Shown: positions 8,738 through 17,242 of the stretch, one piece after another | Position numbering within the stretch: position 1 is the stretch's first letter | How the letters are laid out: every line of letters begins with the position of its first letter | NCBI GenBank assembly: GCA_035905735.1 | Contig: JAMIGL010000023.1 | Location: 1 to 28,293 of the forward strand | Origin: Minisyncoccota bacterium | GTDB taxonomy: Bacteria > Patescibacteriota > Minisyncoccia > Phycocordibacterales > UBA9973 | Direction: 5' to 3' | Length of the DNA stretch: 28,293 nt | The notes under the pieces: generated by a model | The model's database searches: none | What the model saw: the letters and a program-made list of their open reading frames with translations, nothing else | Told to the model about the DNA's origin: nothing | Program-made: the position numbers and the translations under genes

Positions 8738-11023
8738 CTATTTCGCAACTTTCACTGCATCATCGAACTTGATCGACAGAAGCTTCGATCCTGCATCGGC
8801 ACCAAGGGTTACACCATAGAGTACAGACGCTCGGGACATGGTCTCGCGGTTGTGGGTGACGACAATGAGCTGTGAATACTCAGCGAGGCGTTCGATCATG
8901 TCGCCGTATTTGCGACTATTTGCCTCATCAAGTGCCGCGTCGGTCTCATCAAGGACGAGAAACGGTGGTGGGTTGACCTGCGATATCGCAAAAAGGAGTG
9001 CGATGGAGACCAGTGATCGCTCACCACCTGAGAACATATGGATTTCTTTTACCTTCTTTTCGGGTAGACTGACATGAACATCAATGCCCCGCTCAAAGAG
9101 CTGATCATCAGCATCACCAGAGTGTTCCATTTCTTCCATCAATTCTTCTTCTGACATCTTTCGCTTGCGCTTCTTTTCAAGGGTGATTGAGAGAAATGCA
9201 TTGCCACCACCAAACATAGACTTGAAGAATTCGCCAAAACGGTCATTGATAATCTTGACGCCATTGGTAAAGCGCTCATCAAGCACCTTTTTAAGCTCAA
9301 TGATCAGTGACTCAAGGTTGCGAATACTACCTTCGGTATCTGCAAGCTCACGAGCCAGGAACTCATCGCGCTCACGCGCTGACTCATATTCACCCAACAC
9401 ATCATTCCCGATCCCTGAATGCTCATCAAGTCTAATCTTGAGCCGATCGATATCGCGCCTCAATGTATGCAAATCTATCTCGGGTACTACGGAGGCATCT
9501 TTGAGTGTGTGCAAAAACGTCGGACCAAACATAAATCCTGCTTCCTTGAGCTCAGCATCAAACTGTTCCTTACGGGAAATGAATGCGCTCTGAGAAACCT
9601 TGAGTATCTGTTGTTCGGCATCACATTGCGTGAGTTCATTTTGCAGTTCATAACGGGCACGTGTTGCAATACGAGCATCTATCAATGATGCTTCGCGGGC
9701 AGACTCGGCTGTGCTGATTTGTTGTTGAATACTGTCTTCACGCGTAATGAGAGCCGTAAGTCCCACCGCAAGACTTTCAAGTTCAAGCGCCGTGTCTTTG
9801 AGCAGCTGTTGATCAGGTTCTACATGCGGCTCAACTTCCTCAGTTTTCGGTTCGCGAGATTTGAGCTTGGAAAGGATTGGCTCGATACGATCCATTGCCT
9901 GGCGAGCATCATCAAGTGACTGCGCACTTCGTATTGCCGCAATAAAAAATTCGATATCAGAAATAATCTGATGATATTCACTCGGTGCAAAAATGATGGA
10001 TGGATGCGTGACTTGCTTCTGCGGTGCGCGTGCAATGTGTCGATGCGCCTCAAGCATGCCTTCGAGGCGACCCATCTTTTGCTCGATGGCACGACGTTCA
10101 TCACGAACGCCCGAAAGCTCGGTGCGGAGCTTTGAAAGCATGCCGATACGCTCATCGTCCTGTGCCGACTGTTCGACCGGAAGCTCAGCGAGCTTTGATT
10201 CAATCGCGTGCTTGCGGTCGTTGATGAGATGGATTGCTTCACGAAGACGCATGTCCTCCTGTCCGAGCTGTGTGCGCTCCGTTGCAAGGAAGCGCACAAG
10301 TGCATCCTCAAGCTCGGTGCGGATTGCACGACCCTTCTCAATCTTTTCAACCTGCTTTTGCAAAAACTTAAGATGCGGTGCAAGCTCACGGCGAAGTGAC
10401 TGGACTTCCTTGAGTGTTGTCATTGCCCTGGTGAGCTTGGACTCGCTTTCTTTGATGCGGAAATGATAGATCTTGAGCCCGAGCGCATCCTCGAGCATTT
10501 CGCGGCGCTCACGGGGATTTGCCCGAAGAATGCCATCTGCTTCACCCTGTGAAATGATATGGTGACTGGATGTGCCAATATTGATTGACGAAAGAAGCTC
10601 ACTCATTGCCTTGAGCTTGATTTCACTACCATTCATCGAGTAAGTACTCGTTCCGTCAGCAAACAACTCACGGGTGAAGGTTACCGTATCAAAGAGTAAT
10701 GGTGACTTTCCCGCCTGCTCCCGGAGGGTGGGCAGGCCTTCACCAGTCTGGAAACCAAACACTTTGTCACTGTTATCAAATGTGATTGATACAGCCGCAC
10801 GGCTCATTTTGGTACCAGCACCCCGGAAAATAAGATCAGCACCGACCTTGCCGCGCATACTTTTCATGGACTGTTCACCAAGTACGAAACGGAATGCTTC
10901 GACAACGTTTGACTTGCCGGAGCCATTAGGACCGACCACTGCAGTCACTGGCGTAGTAAAAGAGAGCGTTGCTTTTTTAGCAAACGATTTGAAGCCGCTA
11001 AGCTCAATGTGCTTGAGACGCAT
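8738..11023 (-). CDS. smc: Short SMC-family ATPase (~761 aa) with no recognisable hinge domain
   Basis: MRLKHIELSGFKSFA start, Walker A GPNGSGKS, Q-loop IISQGE, signature FSGGERS, Walker B/D-loop LVLDETDAALD and H-loop VVTHN. Confidence 0.9.
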   Translation of the reverse strand: MRLKHIELSGFKSFAKKATLSFTTPVTAVVGPNGSGKSNVVEAFRFVLGEQSMKSMRGKVGADLIFRGAGTKMSRAAVSITFDNSDKVFGFQTGEGLPTLREQAGKSPLLFDTVTFTRELFADGTSTYSMNGSEIKLKAMSELLSSINIGTSSHHIISQGEADGILRANPRERREMLEDALGLKIYHFRIKESESKLTRAMTTLKEVQSLRRELAPHLKFLQKQVEKIEKGRAIRTELEDALVRFLATERTQLGQEDMRLREAIHLINDRKHAIESKLAELPVEQSAQDDERIGMLSKLRTELSGVRDERRAIEQKMGRLEGMLEAHRHIARAPQKQVTHPSIIFAPSEYHQIISDIEFFIAAIRSAQSLDDARQAMDRIEPILSKLKSREPKTEEVEPHVEPDQQLLKDTALELESLAVGLTALITREDSIQQQISTAESAREASLIDARIATRARYELQNELTQCDAEQQILKVSQSAFISRKEQFDAELKEAGFMFGPTFLHTLKDASVVPEIDLHTLRRDIDRLKIRLDEHSGIGNDVLGEYESARERDEFLARELADTEGSIRNLESLIIELKKVLDERFTNGVKIINDRFGEFFKSMFGGGNAFLSITLEKKRKRKMSEEELMEEMEHSGDADDQLFERGIDVHVSLPEKKVKEIHMFSGGERSLVSIALLFAISQVNPPPFLVLDETDAALDEANSRKYGDMIERLAEYSQLIVVTHNRETMSRASVLYGVTLGADAGSKLLSIKFDDAVKVAK

Positions 11024-11030
11024 GACTGAA

Positions 11031-11039
11031 AGTATACCA
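11031..11039 (-). promoter_or_regulatory. Extended -10 (TGg-TATACT) 7 nt upstream of the smc ATG (leaderless-type)
   Basis: Minus strand reads aaTGgTATACTttcagtcATG. Confidence 0.7.
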
Positions 11040-11041
11040 TT

Positions 11042-11071
11042 AAAAAAGCAGTCCATTTATATGGACTGCTT
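11042..11071 (-). terminator. Intrinsic terminator of the secreted ORFan
   Basis: AAGCAGTCCAT-ttat-ATGGACTGCTT plus a T6 run on the minus strand. Confidence 0.85.
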
Positions 11072-11096
11072 GTACTTTTTTTTATTTTCTTAATAA

Positions 11097-11705
11097 TTAA
11101 TAATCGCTCAGCCCTCTGAATGAATCAGATGCTGATGCTTGCCCAAACACTGGCTGCATACCACCTCCCAGCATACCATTCCTAGCACCAATGATAGTAC
11201 TCGCTGTTCTGATAACATTTGTTAAAAGTGCAGCTTTTTGCTCATCAGTAGCTCTTGGTCGTGAAGCTCGTTGTGCAGCTTTTTGACGTTTTGCTTCAGC
11301 TTTTTTTGCCTGCCTCATCGCTTCTTCATTTTGTTGATGAAGTTTTGATTCTTCAGCGAGTTTTGCTTTCAACTCTTTTGCTGAAAGTGCAGGCACTAGA
11401 AACAATCCGTCAGTCACTGAAATGTATGGCTTACCATTAAACGTATACACAACTTCGCCTATTTTAAGACGATGTGGTACACGATTTATGATGGATCCGT
11501 TTGAATCATATTCAACGGCCTCACAATCAGATGGCGAAGTGATCGTATCTCTGGTTGTACCATCAAGTACAATAGAGGGAACATAATCACGAAAGACTAG
11601 TGATATATGCCTTTCAGCAATAGTCACTTGCTTACTCTTTTGAGCAAATGTTGTGGTTGTTGTGATTATTAAGATCACAAAGAACGAAAATAATACCTTT
11701 TTCAT
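11097..11705 (-). CDS. Hypothetical secreted protein (~202 aa) with a signal peptide, a coiled-coil segment and a Gly-rich tail
   Basis: MKKVLFSFFVILIITTTTTFA-Q has Sec signal-peptide shape; the gene has its own promoter and terminator. Confidence 0.75.
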   Translation of the reverse strand: MKKVLFSFFVILIITTTTTFAQKSKQVTIAERHISLVFRDYVPSIVLDGTTRDTITSPSDCEAVEYDSNGSIINRVPHRLKIGEVVYTFNGKPYISVTDGLFLVPALSAKELKAKLAEESKLHQQNEEAMRQAKKAEAKRQKAAQRASRPRATDEQKAALLTNVIRTASTIIGARNGMLGGGMQPVFGQASASDSFRGLSDY

Positions 11706-11746
11706 ACGTGAAAATTTTATAGGTGTTTTGAATGATTTCTGTGTAT

Positions 11747-11775
11747 ATAATAGCATATTATGCTATAAAAGTCAA
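11747..11775 (-). promoter_or_regulatory. sigma70 promoter TTGACT-17-TATTAT with an overlapping palindrome ATAGCATA-T-TATGCTAT (11750-11766)
   Basis: Direct reading; 8-bp perfect inverted repeat covering the spacer and -10. Confidence 0.7.
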
Positions 11776-11806
11776 TACCCCTCCCTGAGTCTCAGGGAGG
11801 GGTATT
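11774..11806 (-). terminator. Terminator hairpin after rnc
   Basis: AATACCCCTCCCTGAG-t-CTCAGGGAGGGGTATT perfect 16-bp inverted repeat. Confidence 0.8.
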
Positions 11807-11821
11807 TCGAGAAGGTATGGA

Positions 11822-12511
11822 CTACCAACCTTTTGCCTCAAGGGCGGCGCGGGCGGCACTTTGCTCGCCTTCTTGCTTGGAGCGCCCCTTGCCTTCGGCA
11901 ATCTTCTTGTCACCAAAATAGATACCGATCATGAACCATTTGTCGTGATCAGGACCAGTCTCCGCTACAACCTTGTACGAAGGAGTGATATTGAGTCGCT
12001 CTTGGGCTTCTTCCTGGACAAGACTTTTGGCATCTTTCCAGAGTTTCTTTTTGATGATTTCCGGAAGACGAGGAATCAAACTGTTGGTCACAAATGTCAC
12101 ACAAGCCTCATATCCTTGGTCCAGATAGAGCGCACCAACAAATGCTTCATATGCATTGGCAAGGATGGTCTGTCGAGCACGACCAACGTCTTTTTGCTCT
12201 CCTTTTGAAAGGAGAAGATAGTCATTCATCCCAAGCTCATTTGCCGCCTCACCCATAATGATGGCATTCACAAGCGCACTTCGATACGCAGTAAGGTCAC
12301 CTTCTGCATGGGTTGGATATTGACGGAACAAATAGTCCGTAATGATAAGCTCAATAACCGCATCACCGAGAAATTCATATCGCTCATTGTGCTCAAGACC
12401 TGAACGAGGGTTTTCGTTGATGTATGAACGGTGGGTAAATGCACGAGCAAGGATAGACTTGTCAGCAAACGAAATACCAAGCGAGCGTTCAAACGGGGTG
12501 AAATCTTTCAT
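11822..12511 (-). CDS. rnc: Ribonuclease III
   Basis: HNERYEFLGDAVIEL signature, ANAYEAFVGALYLD, and a C-terminal dsRBD (DAKSLVQE...GKGRSKQEGEQSAA). Confidence 0.97.
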   Translation of the reverse strand: MKDFTPFERSLGISFADKSILARAFTHRSYINENPRSGLEHNERYEFLGDAVIELIITDYLFRQYPTHAEGDLTAYRSALVNAIIMGEAANELGMNDYLLLSKGEQKDVGRARQTILANAYEAFVGALYLDQGYEACVTFVTNSLIPRLPEIIKKKLWKDAKSLVQEEAQERLNITPSYKVVAETGPDHDKWFMIGIYFGDKKIAEGKGRSKQEGEQSAARAALEAKGW

Positions 12512-12571
12512 AGGATGGTTGTACTACTCGCGTATGCGGACGATATCCCCATGCGCCAATAGTCAGTAAAG

Positions 12572-13471
12572 TTACTTGTTGATAAGTTCGATCGCCTTTG
12601 CAATCAGCGGCAATATATCATCATAGATGGTCAAGTCAACCACCTCATGCAGTTGGAACCATGCGGCCTTGTCGAGCCCACCACTACTTTGCAGCTTGAG
12701 TTCCTGATAGTCAGCCTTTGCAAGGAAGAATGCGACCTGCTTGCGAATCTTGCCTTCCACCGGATGAAATGCCATGTATTCAATGTCGCCAAGCTTGTCC
12801 TGTAGAGTGATATCAATACCAAGCTCTTCTTTGATCTCACGCACGGCACCATCCTCGATACTCTCATCCGCCTCTACGCCACCCTTTGAGAGGGTCCAAT
12901 AGCCGAATACATCGTGTACCAATGCGAGATACACCACACCGTCATGTTTTGCATAAATGATGGCACCAGCTTTTTGCTCAATCGGAATCTTGGAGAGGTC
13001 TTCCTCGACGACAGGTTTTGGGCCTTTTTGTTTCGTCGTCTGATCTTTGCCAGGCTCACCGATTTCTTTGTACACAGCACCAAGGACTCCATTGACGAAC
13101 TTGCCACTGTTTTCTCCACCGAATGTCTTTGCAAGTTCAATAGACTCATTGATGGCAACCTTGGGAGGCACTTGTTCACGATCGCCAAACAGAAGCTCTG
13201 CGAGCCCCATACGAAGGACATTGCGATCAATATTTGAAATTTTGTCGAGTGGCCATTCAGGGGCTGCCTTGATAATGATGTCATCGATGATTGCACGCTT
13301 GCGCTCAACAAGCTCAGCAAGACCATAGATAAAGGCGGTATCGTTGTGACCAGGAGCAAACTCGGCAATATTTCGATCTACAGTCGCGCGCATAGCCTCG
13401 GGGTATCCGGTGAAATCCCATTCGAACAGTGATTGAAGAACGATGGACCTTGAAAGGTGCCGATTTGCCAT
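12572..13471 (-). CDS. nusB: Transcription antitermination factor NusB fused to a C-terminal NUDIX hydrolase
   Basis: NusB motifs RHLSRSIVLQSLF, IDRNVLRMG and VAINESIELAKTFG...FVNGVL; intact Nudix box GGVEADESIEDGAVREIKEELGI. Confidence 0.93.
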   Translation of the reverse strand: MANRHLSRSIVLQSLFEWDFTGYPEAMRATVDRNIAEFAPGHNDTAFIYGLAELVERKRAIIDDIIIKAAPEWPLDKISNIDRNVLRMGLAELLFGDREQVPPKVAINESIELAKTFGGENSGKFVNGVLGAVYKEIGEPGKDQTTKQKGPKPVVEEDLSKIPIEQKAGAIIYAKHDGVVYLALVHDVFGYWTLSKGGVEADESIEDGAVREIKEELGIDITLQDKLGDIEYMAFHPVEGKIRKQVAFFLAKADYQELKLQSSGGLDKAAWFQLHEVVDLTIYDDILPLIAKAIELINK

Positions 13472-13480
13472 AATTATTGA

Positions 13481-13732
13481 TTATTTTTTAGCTTTTTTGC
13501 TTGGAGCCTTTTTTACTGCTTTCTTTGCGGCTGGCTTTGCTTGCTTTTTCATGACTTTCTTGACAGGGTCACCCATGACTGAGCGTCCTTTGTACATGCC
13601 ATCCTTGCTTGCGCGGTGGCGGAGGTGCACTGCGCCAGTCTTGGTGTCAGTGCTGATTGCAGCATCTTTTAATGCGTGATGTGAGCGACGGTTGGCCGTG
13701 TGTGCTCGTGTGTGTCTCATTCGTACTACCAT
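13481..13732 (-). CDS. rpmF: 50S ribosomal protein L32, Cys-free, with a Lys/Ala-rich tail (83 aa)
   Basis: MVVRMRHTRAHTANRRSHHAL...HLRHRASKDGMYKGR; position directly upstream of nusB-rnc. Confidence 0.9.
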   Translation of the reverse strand: MVVRMRHTRAHTANRRSHHALKDAAISTDTKTGAVHLRHRASKDGMYKGRSVMGDPVKKVMKKQAKPAAKKAVKKAPSKKAKK

Positions 13733-13771
13733 ATGACAAATATCATACACTAGTAGTAAAAAAAAGTAAAT

Positions 13772-13797
13772 AAAAAGCCCGGGGTATACCCGGGCTT
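13772..13797 (-). terminator. Intrinsic terminator of the NUDIX-like ORF
   Basis: AAGCCCGGG-gtata-CCCGGGCTT with a T-run on the minus strand. Confidence 0.8.
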
Positions 13798-14363
13798 CAC
13801 AAGCGTTCCATTTCAATCTGTCTCATAAATTGCCTATATGCAATTCGCTGAGGATGTATGCGAACCTTCCCTTCAATAAGCGGCTGTTCTTCAAATATTT
13901 CATGCAGAAGTGATCGGCGTACCCATATTGGGGGTAGATTCTTTTCTGAAAGCATTTGATCATCAGTACGTAGCGGACCATTTGATCGTCGTACTATCAT
14001 CACATACTTGTGGAATAATACATCGGTACTTTTTTTGCCTGTATTAGGAACAGAAAACGTACCGACCTGCTCAGGGACTTCGAGTGCTTGAACACCGGCT
14101 TCTTCAAGTAAGTTACGAATTGCAGTGTGCTCTGGATCTTCTGACATATCGAGAATATCCCCTTTTTGATGGGATTGATTTCGTATATATGGAATCAACA
14201 ACACCGCATCTTTTGATTCGTCAAAAAGAATCGTAATCACCCCAAATGTTTTTCGCAAGCTTGTTGTTGCGAGAAATCGTAGTTCGGCAGATTGTGGCAA
14301 ATTGTTACGGAACAACTCTAGTTCTGTGAGATTGTTAATAATCTCTTCATCAAGTGCTGTCAT
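13797..14363 (-). CDS. Hypothetical protein with a degenerate NUDIX-like motif
   Basis: KGDILDMSEDPEHTAIRNLLEEAGV resembles GX5EX7REUXEEXGU, with X6 spacing and RE changed to RN. Confidence 0.65.
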   Translation of the reverse strand: MTALDEEIINNLTELELFRNNLPQSAELRFLATTSLRKTFGVITILFDESKDAVLLIPYIRNQSHQKGDILDMSEDPEHTAIRNLLEEAGVQALEVPEQVGTFSVPNTGKKSTDVLFHKYVMIVRRSNGPLRTDDQMLSEKNLPPIWVRRSLLHEIFEEQPLIEGKVRIHPQRIAYRQFMRQIEMERL

Positions 14364-14386
14364 AGAGTGCTGTTTTATTTAAACCA

Positions 14387-14414
14387 AATGTACCAGTAAA
14401 CAATATTTTGTCAA
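14387..14414 (-). promoter_or_regulatory. Promoter TTGACA-16-TACATT (with TGg extension) for the NUDIX-like ORF, divergent from thrS
   Basis: Direct reading of the hexamers. Confidence 0.7.
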
Positions 14415-14437
14415 GCATTCGAAAAACCTTTATTTGA

Positions 14438-14446
14438 TGGTATAGT
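14438..14446 (+). promoter_or_regulatory. Extended -10 (TGg-TATAGT) 6 nt upstream of the thrS ATG (leaderless-type)
   Basis: gaTGgTATAGTtttgggATG. Confidence 0.72.
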
Positions 14447-14452
14447 TTTGGG

Positions 14453-16192
14453 ATGCAACACGACATTTCACATCTTCGCCACTCACTCGCCCACCTCCTT
14501 GGCGCGGCGACGCTCAAGCACTACCCGGATGCCAAGCTTACCCTCGGACCTGCGATTGACGACGGTTTCTACTACGATTTCAAATTCTCAGGCCCCGTTG
14601 GCGCAGACGAACTCGCAGCCATTGAGACAACCATGCGTGAGCTCCTCCCTACCTGGAAAACAGTGACCCACAAAGAAGTCTCGAAAGACGAAGCGCTTGC
14701 ATATTTCAAAGGAAATGAGTTCAAAGAAGAACTCATCAACGAGATTGCGGAACGTGGCGAAACGATAACCCTCTACACCATGGGCGACTTTACCGACCTG
14801 TGTCGCGGTGGACATGTCGATGACTTGAGCACTATTGATCCAGAAAGTTTCAAACTTGACCGTATCGCGGGAGCATACTGGCGAGGAAGTGAAAAAAACG
14901 CAATGCTTACCCGTATCTATGGCTTTGCATTCGAATCAAAAGACGCGCTTGCCGCATACCTTACGATGCGCACAGAAGCTGAAAAGCGCGACCATCGCAA
15001 GCTTGGGAAAGAAATGTCCCTCTTTGCATTTGATGAAGATGTCGGCGGTGGACTTCCACTTTGGCTTCCAAACGGTGCGGCAATGATTGAGGAGCTTGAG
15101 CGTCTCGCAAAAGAATCAGAGTTTGAACAAGAGTACGTCCGTGTACGCACTCCACACCTTGCAAAGGAATCCATGTATCTGACATCAGGACACCTCCCGT
15201 ACTACGAGGACTCAATGTACCCACCGATGGAATACGATGGCGGCAAGTACTACTTGAAGGCAATGAACTGCCCTCACCATCACAAGATCTTTGATGCAGA
15301 ACAGCGAAGCTATCGAGACCTCCCACTTCGCCTTGCAGAGTACGGTACGTGCTATCGTCATGAGAAAAGTGGTGAGCTGTTTGGTCTCATGCGCGTGCGC
15401 GCACTTCAGATGAACGATGCGCATATCTACTGTACCGAAGAGCAGTTTGCCGAAGAATTTGGCAAGGTGAACGACCTCTACCTTCGCTATTTCAAGATAT
15501 TTGGTATTGAAAAATACGTCATGCGACTGTCAAAACATGACCCGGCAAAGCTTGGCAAGAAATATGTTGACGAACCGGAACTTTGGAAAAAAACAGAGGC
15601 AATGGTCAGACAAACACTCGTTGATGCAAACATTCCATTTGTTGAAGTTGAAGACGAGGCTGCATTTTATGGACCAAAGATTGATGTGCAGGTATGGAGT
15701 GCTATCGGGCGTGAGTTTACACTCGCGACCAACCAGGTCGACTTTGCGGTACCGGCACGTTTTGGTCTCACCTATACCGACAACGAAGGCAACCAGCAGA
15801 CACCGCTGTGTATCCACCGCGCACCACTTGGTACCCATGAGCGTTTTATCGGATTTCTCACCGAACACTATGGCGGTGAATTCCCGACATGGCTCGCACC
15901 GCTTCAGGTTGCAATCATTCCCGTAAAGGACACTCATATAGCCGAAGCAACAAAGCTGCATCAGAAACTCCGATCTACCATGGTTCGAAGCGAGGTCTAT
16001 ACTGACAACAACAGTCTCGGCAAGCGTATTCACGCTGCAAAGACCATGCGTCCACCGTATGTGCTCGTACTCGGTGACAAAGAAATAGCATCCGGTACCT
16101 ACACACTCGAACTCCGAGATGGAAGCAAAATAGAAGTTGACCTTGATGCACTTCTTGAAAAGCTGCACAAAGAAATAAGCACAAGAGCATAA
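14453..16192 (+). CDS. thrS: Threonine-tRNA ligase lacking the N-terminal TGS domain
   Basis: Editing domain RHSLAH and DLCRGGH; catalytic MNCPHH, YRHE, MNDAH and IHRA; C-terminal anticodon-binding domain. Confidence 0.97.
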   Translation: MQHDISHLRHSLAHLLGAATLKHYPDAKLTLGPAIDDGFYYDFKFSGPVGADELAAIETTMRELLPTWKTVTHKEVSKDEALAYFKGNEFKEELINEIAERGETITLYTMGDFTDLCRGGHVDDLSTIDPESFKLDRIAGAYWRGSEKNAMLTRIYGFAFESKDALAAYLTMRTEAEKRDHRKLGKEMSLFAFDEDVGGGLPLWLPNGAAMIEELERLAKESEFEQEYVRVRTPHLAKESMYLTSGHLPYYEDSMYPPMEYDGGKYYLKAMNCPHHHKIFDAEQRSYRDLPLRLAEYGTCYRHEKSGELFGLMRVRALQMNDAHIYCTEEQFAEEFGKVNDLYLRYFKIFGIEKYVMRLSKHDPAKLGKKYVDEPELWKKTEAMVRQTLVDANIPFVEVEDEAAFYGPKIDVQVWSAIGREFTLATNQVDFAVPARFGLTYTDNEGNQQTPLCIHRAPLGTHERFIGFLTEHYGGEFPTWLAPLQVAIIPVKDTHIAEATKLHQKLRSTMVRSEVYTDNNSLGKRIHAAKTMRPPYVLVLGDKEIASGTYTLELRDGSKIEVDLDALLEKLHKEISTRA

Positions 16193-16194
16193 CT

Positions 16195-16221
16195 AAAAAA
16201 TCCCCTTCATGGGGATTTTTT
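16195..16221. terminator. Bidirectional terminator between the convergent thrS and capA genes
   Basis: AAAAAATCCCC-ttcat-GGGGATTTTTT. Confidence 0.85.
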
Positions 16222-17242
16222 ATTGGGAAAGCTTTTCAATCAATGATTTGCCCGCCCCCGAAGGATCGACTCTTGGCACACCAGATGGCGAGAGGACAAC
16301 CGAGTCAACAGTGTAGCTGACAGGTTGGTGGTCCGCATTAAATGCAACACTGACTATACCTGAAGTACCCAGAAGACCACGCGTTACAAGCCGTCCACCT
16401 CCGACAAAGTTGCCCATACTATAGGCAATAAGGCGATCTTTATACCATTCTACCTTGCGCAATACATGCGGCCCCGAACCAAGCACAAGATCAGCACCTG
16501 CATCAATCGCCGTGTATGCAAGAAGCTGTACGTTACCGCGGTTTTCACTTCCCATATACTCAGTCTCACCAGTCACCAGTGTCTTGTCAGCACCTTCTGC
16601 GCCCGCATGAAATACCACAACGACAATATCATTTGTTTCGCGAAGCTTGGTAACTTCACGCTTGATAAATCCATAATCAAGTATCGTGTTCCAAGGCTTC
16701 GTACTCGAGAGTCCGAGCACCCCAATACGAACACCATCGACCATCATGCTATGCGTCGCATTTGTACTAGCTACATATGGTATCCCAACACGCTCAAGCT
16801 CTGCTCGTGTGTCTCTGAGTCCTCCTTCACCAAAATCATACGCGTGGTTGTTTGCAAGGCTGACCATATCAAAACCAGCATCGGCAAGCGCATCGGCAAA
16901 TGACCCATCACCTGCAAATGCATGACACATACTGCTAACAAAATATTCGCACTTGGACACATGCCCATCAGTCGCAAACGTACCCTCAAGGTTACCAATC
17001 ATCAAGTCGGGCTTCTGAGTAAGCTCTCGTACTCCGGCAAAGACTTGCTGGTTGTACACTCTATCAGCGGGAACCATATCACCCACCCATCCGATCGTGA
17101 GCAGTCGGGGCGCTTCGGCGACAGGGCGACTCACCGAAAATGCCGAGAGAACAGGAAGCGGTACCGCATGAAGTGACAGTGCGGCAACACCATAGGCAAT
17201 ACTCGCAAAAAGTCCCGTTATCAAAATCAACCGAGGCTTCAT
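16220..17242 (-). CDS. CapA/PGA_cap family metallophosphoesterase-like membrane-anchored protein
   Basis: VGD, GNLEG, LANNHAYDFG, VFHAG, GSGPHV and YSMGNF motifs; N-terminal hydrophobic segment; ATGA overlap with the rnr stop. Confidence 0.85.
   Translation of the reverse strand: MKPRLILITGLFASIAYGVAALSLHAVPLPVLSAFSVSRPVAEAPRLLTIGWVGDMVPADRVYNQQVFAGVRELTQKPDLMIGNLEGTFATDGHVSKCEYFVSSMCHAFAGDGSFADALADAGFDMVSLANNHAYDFGEGGLRDTRAELERVGIPYVASTNATHSMMVDGVRIGVLGLSSTKPWNTILDYGFIKREVTKLRETNDIVVVVFHAGAEGADKTLVTGETEYMGSENRGNVQLLAYTAIDAGADLVLGSGPHVLRKVEWYKDRLIAYSMGNFVGGGRLVTRGLLGTSGIVSVAFNADHQPVSYTVDSVVLSPSGVPRVDPSGAGKSLIEKLSQ

Noticed and set aside
12512-12571. rncO-like autoregulatory stem upstream of rnc
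   Set aside because: Only about 9 pairs with two mismatches, shorter than a typical RNase III substrate.
7867-14414. Integron cassette array explanation for the isolated AT-rich ORFans
   Set aside because: The flanking hairpins are unrelated GC-rich terminators without attC R/L boxes, no integrase is present, and housekeeping genes separate the ORFans.
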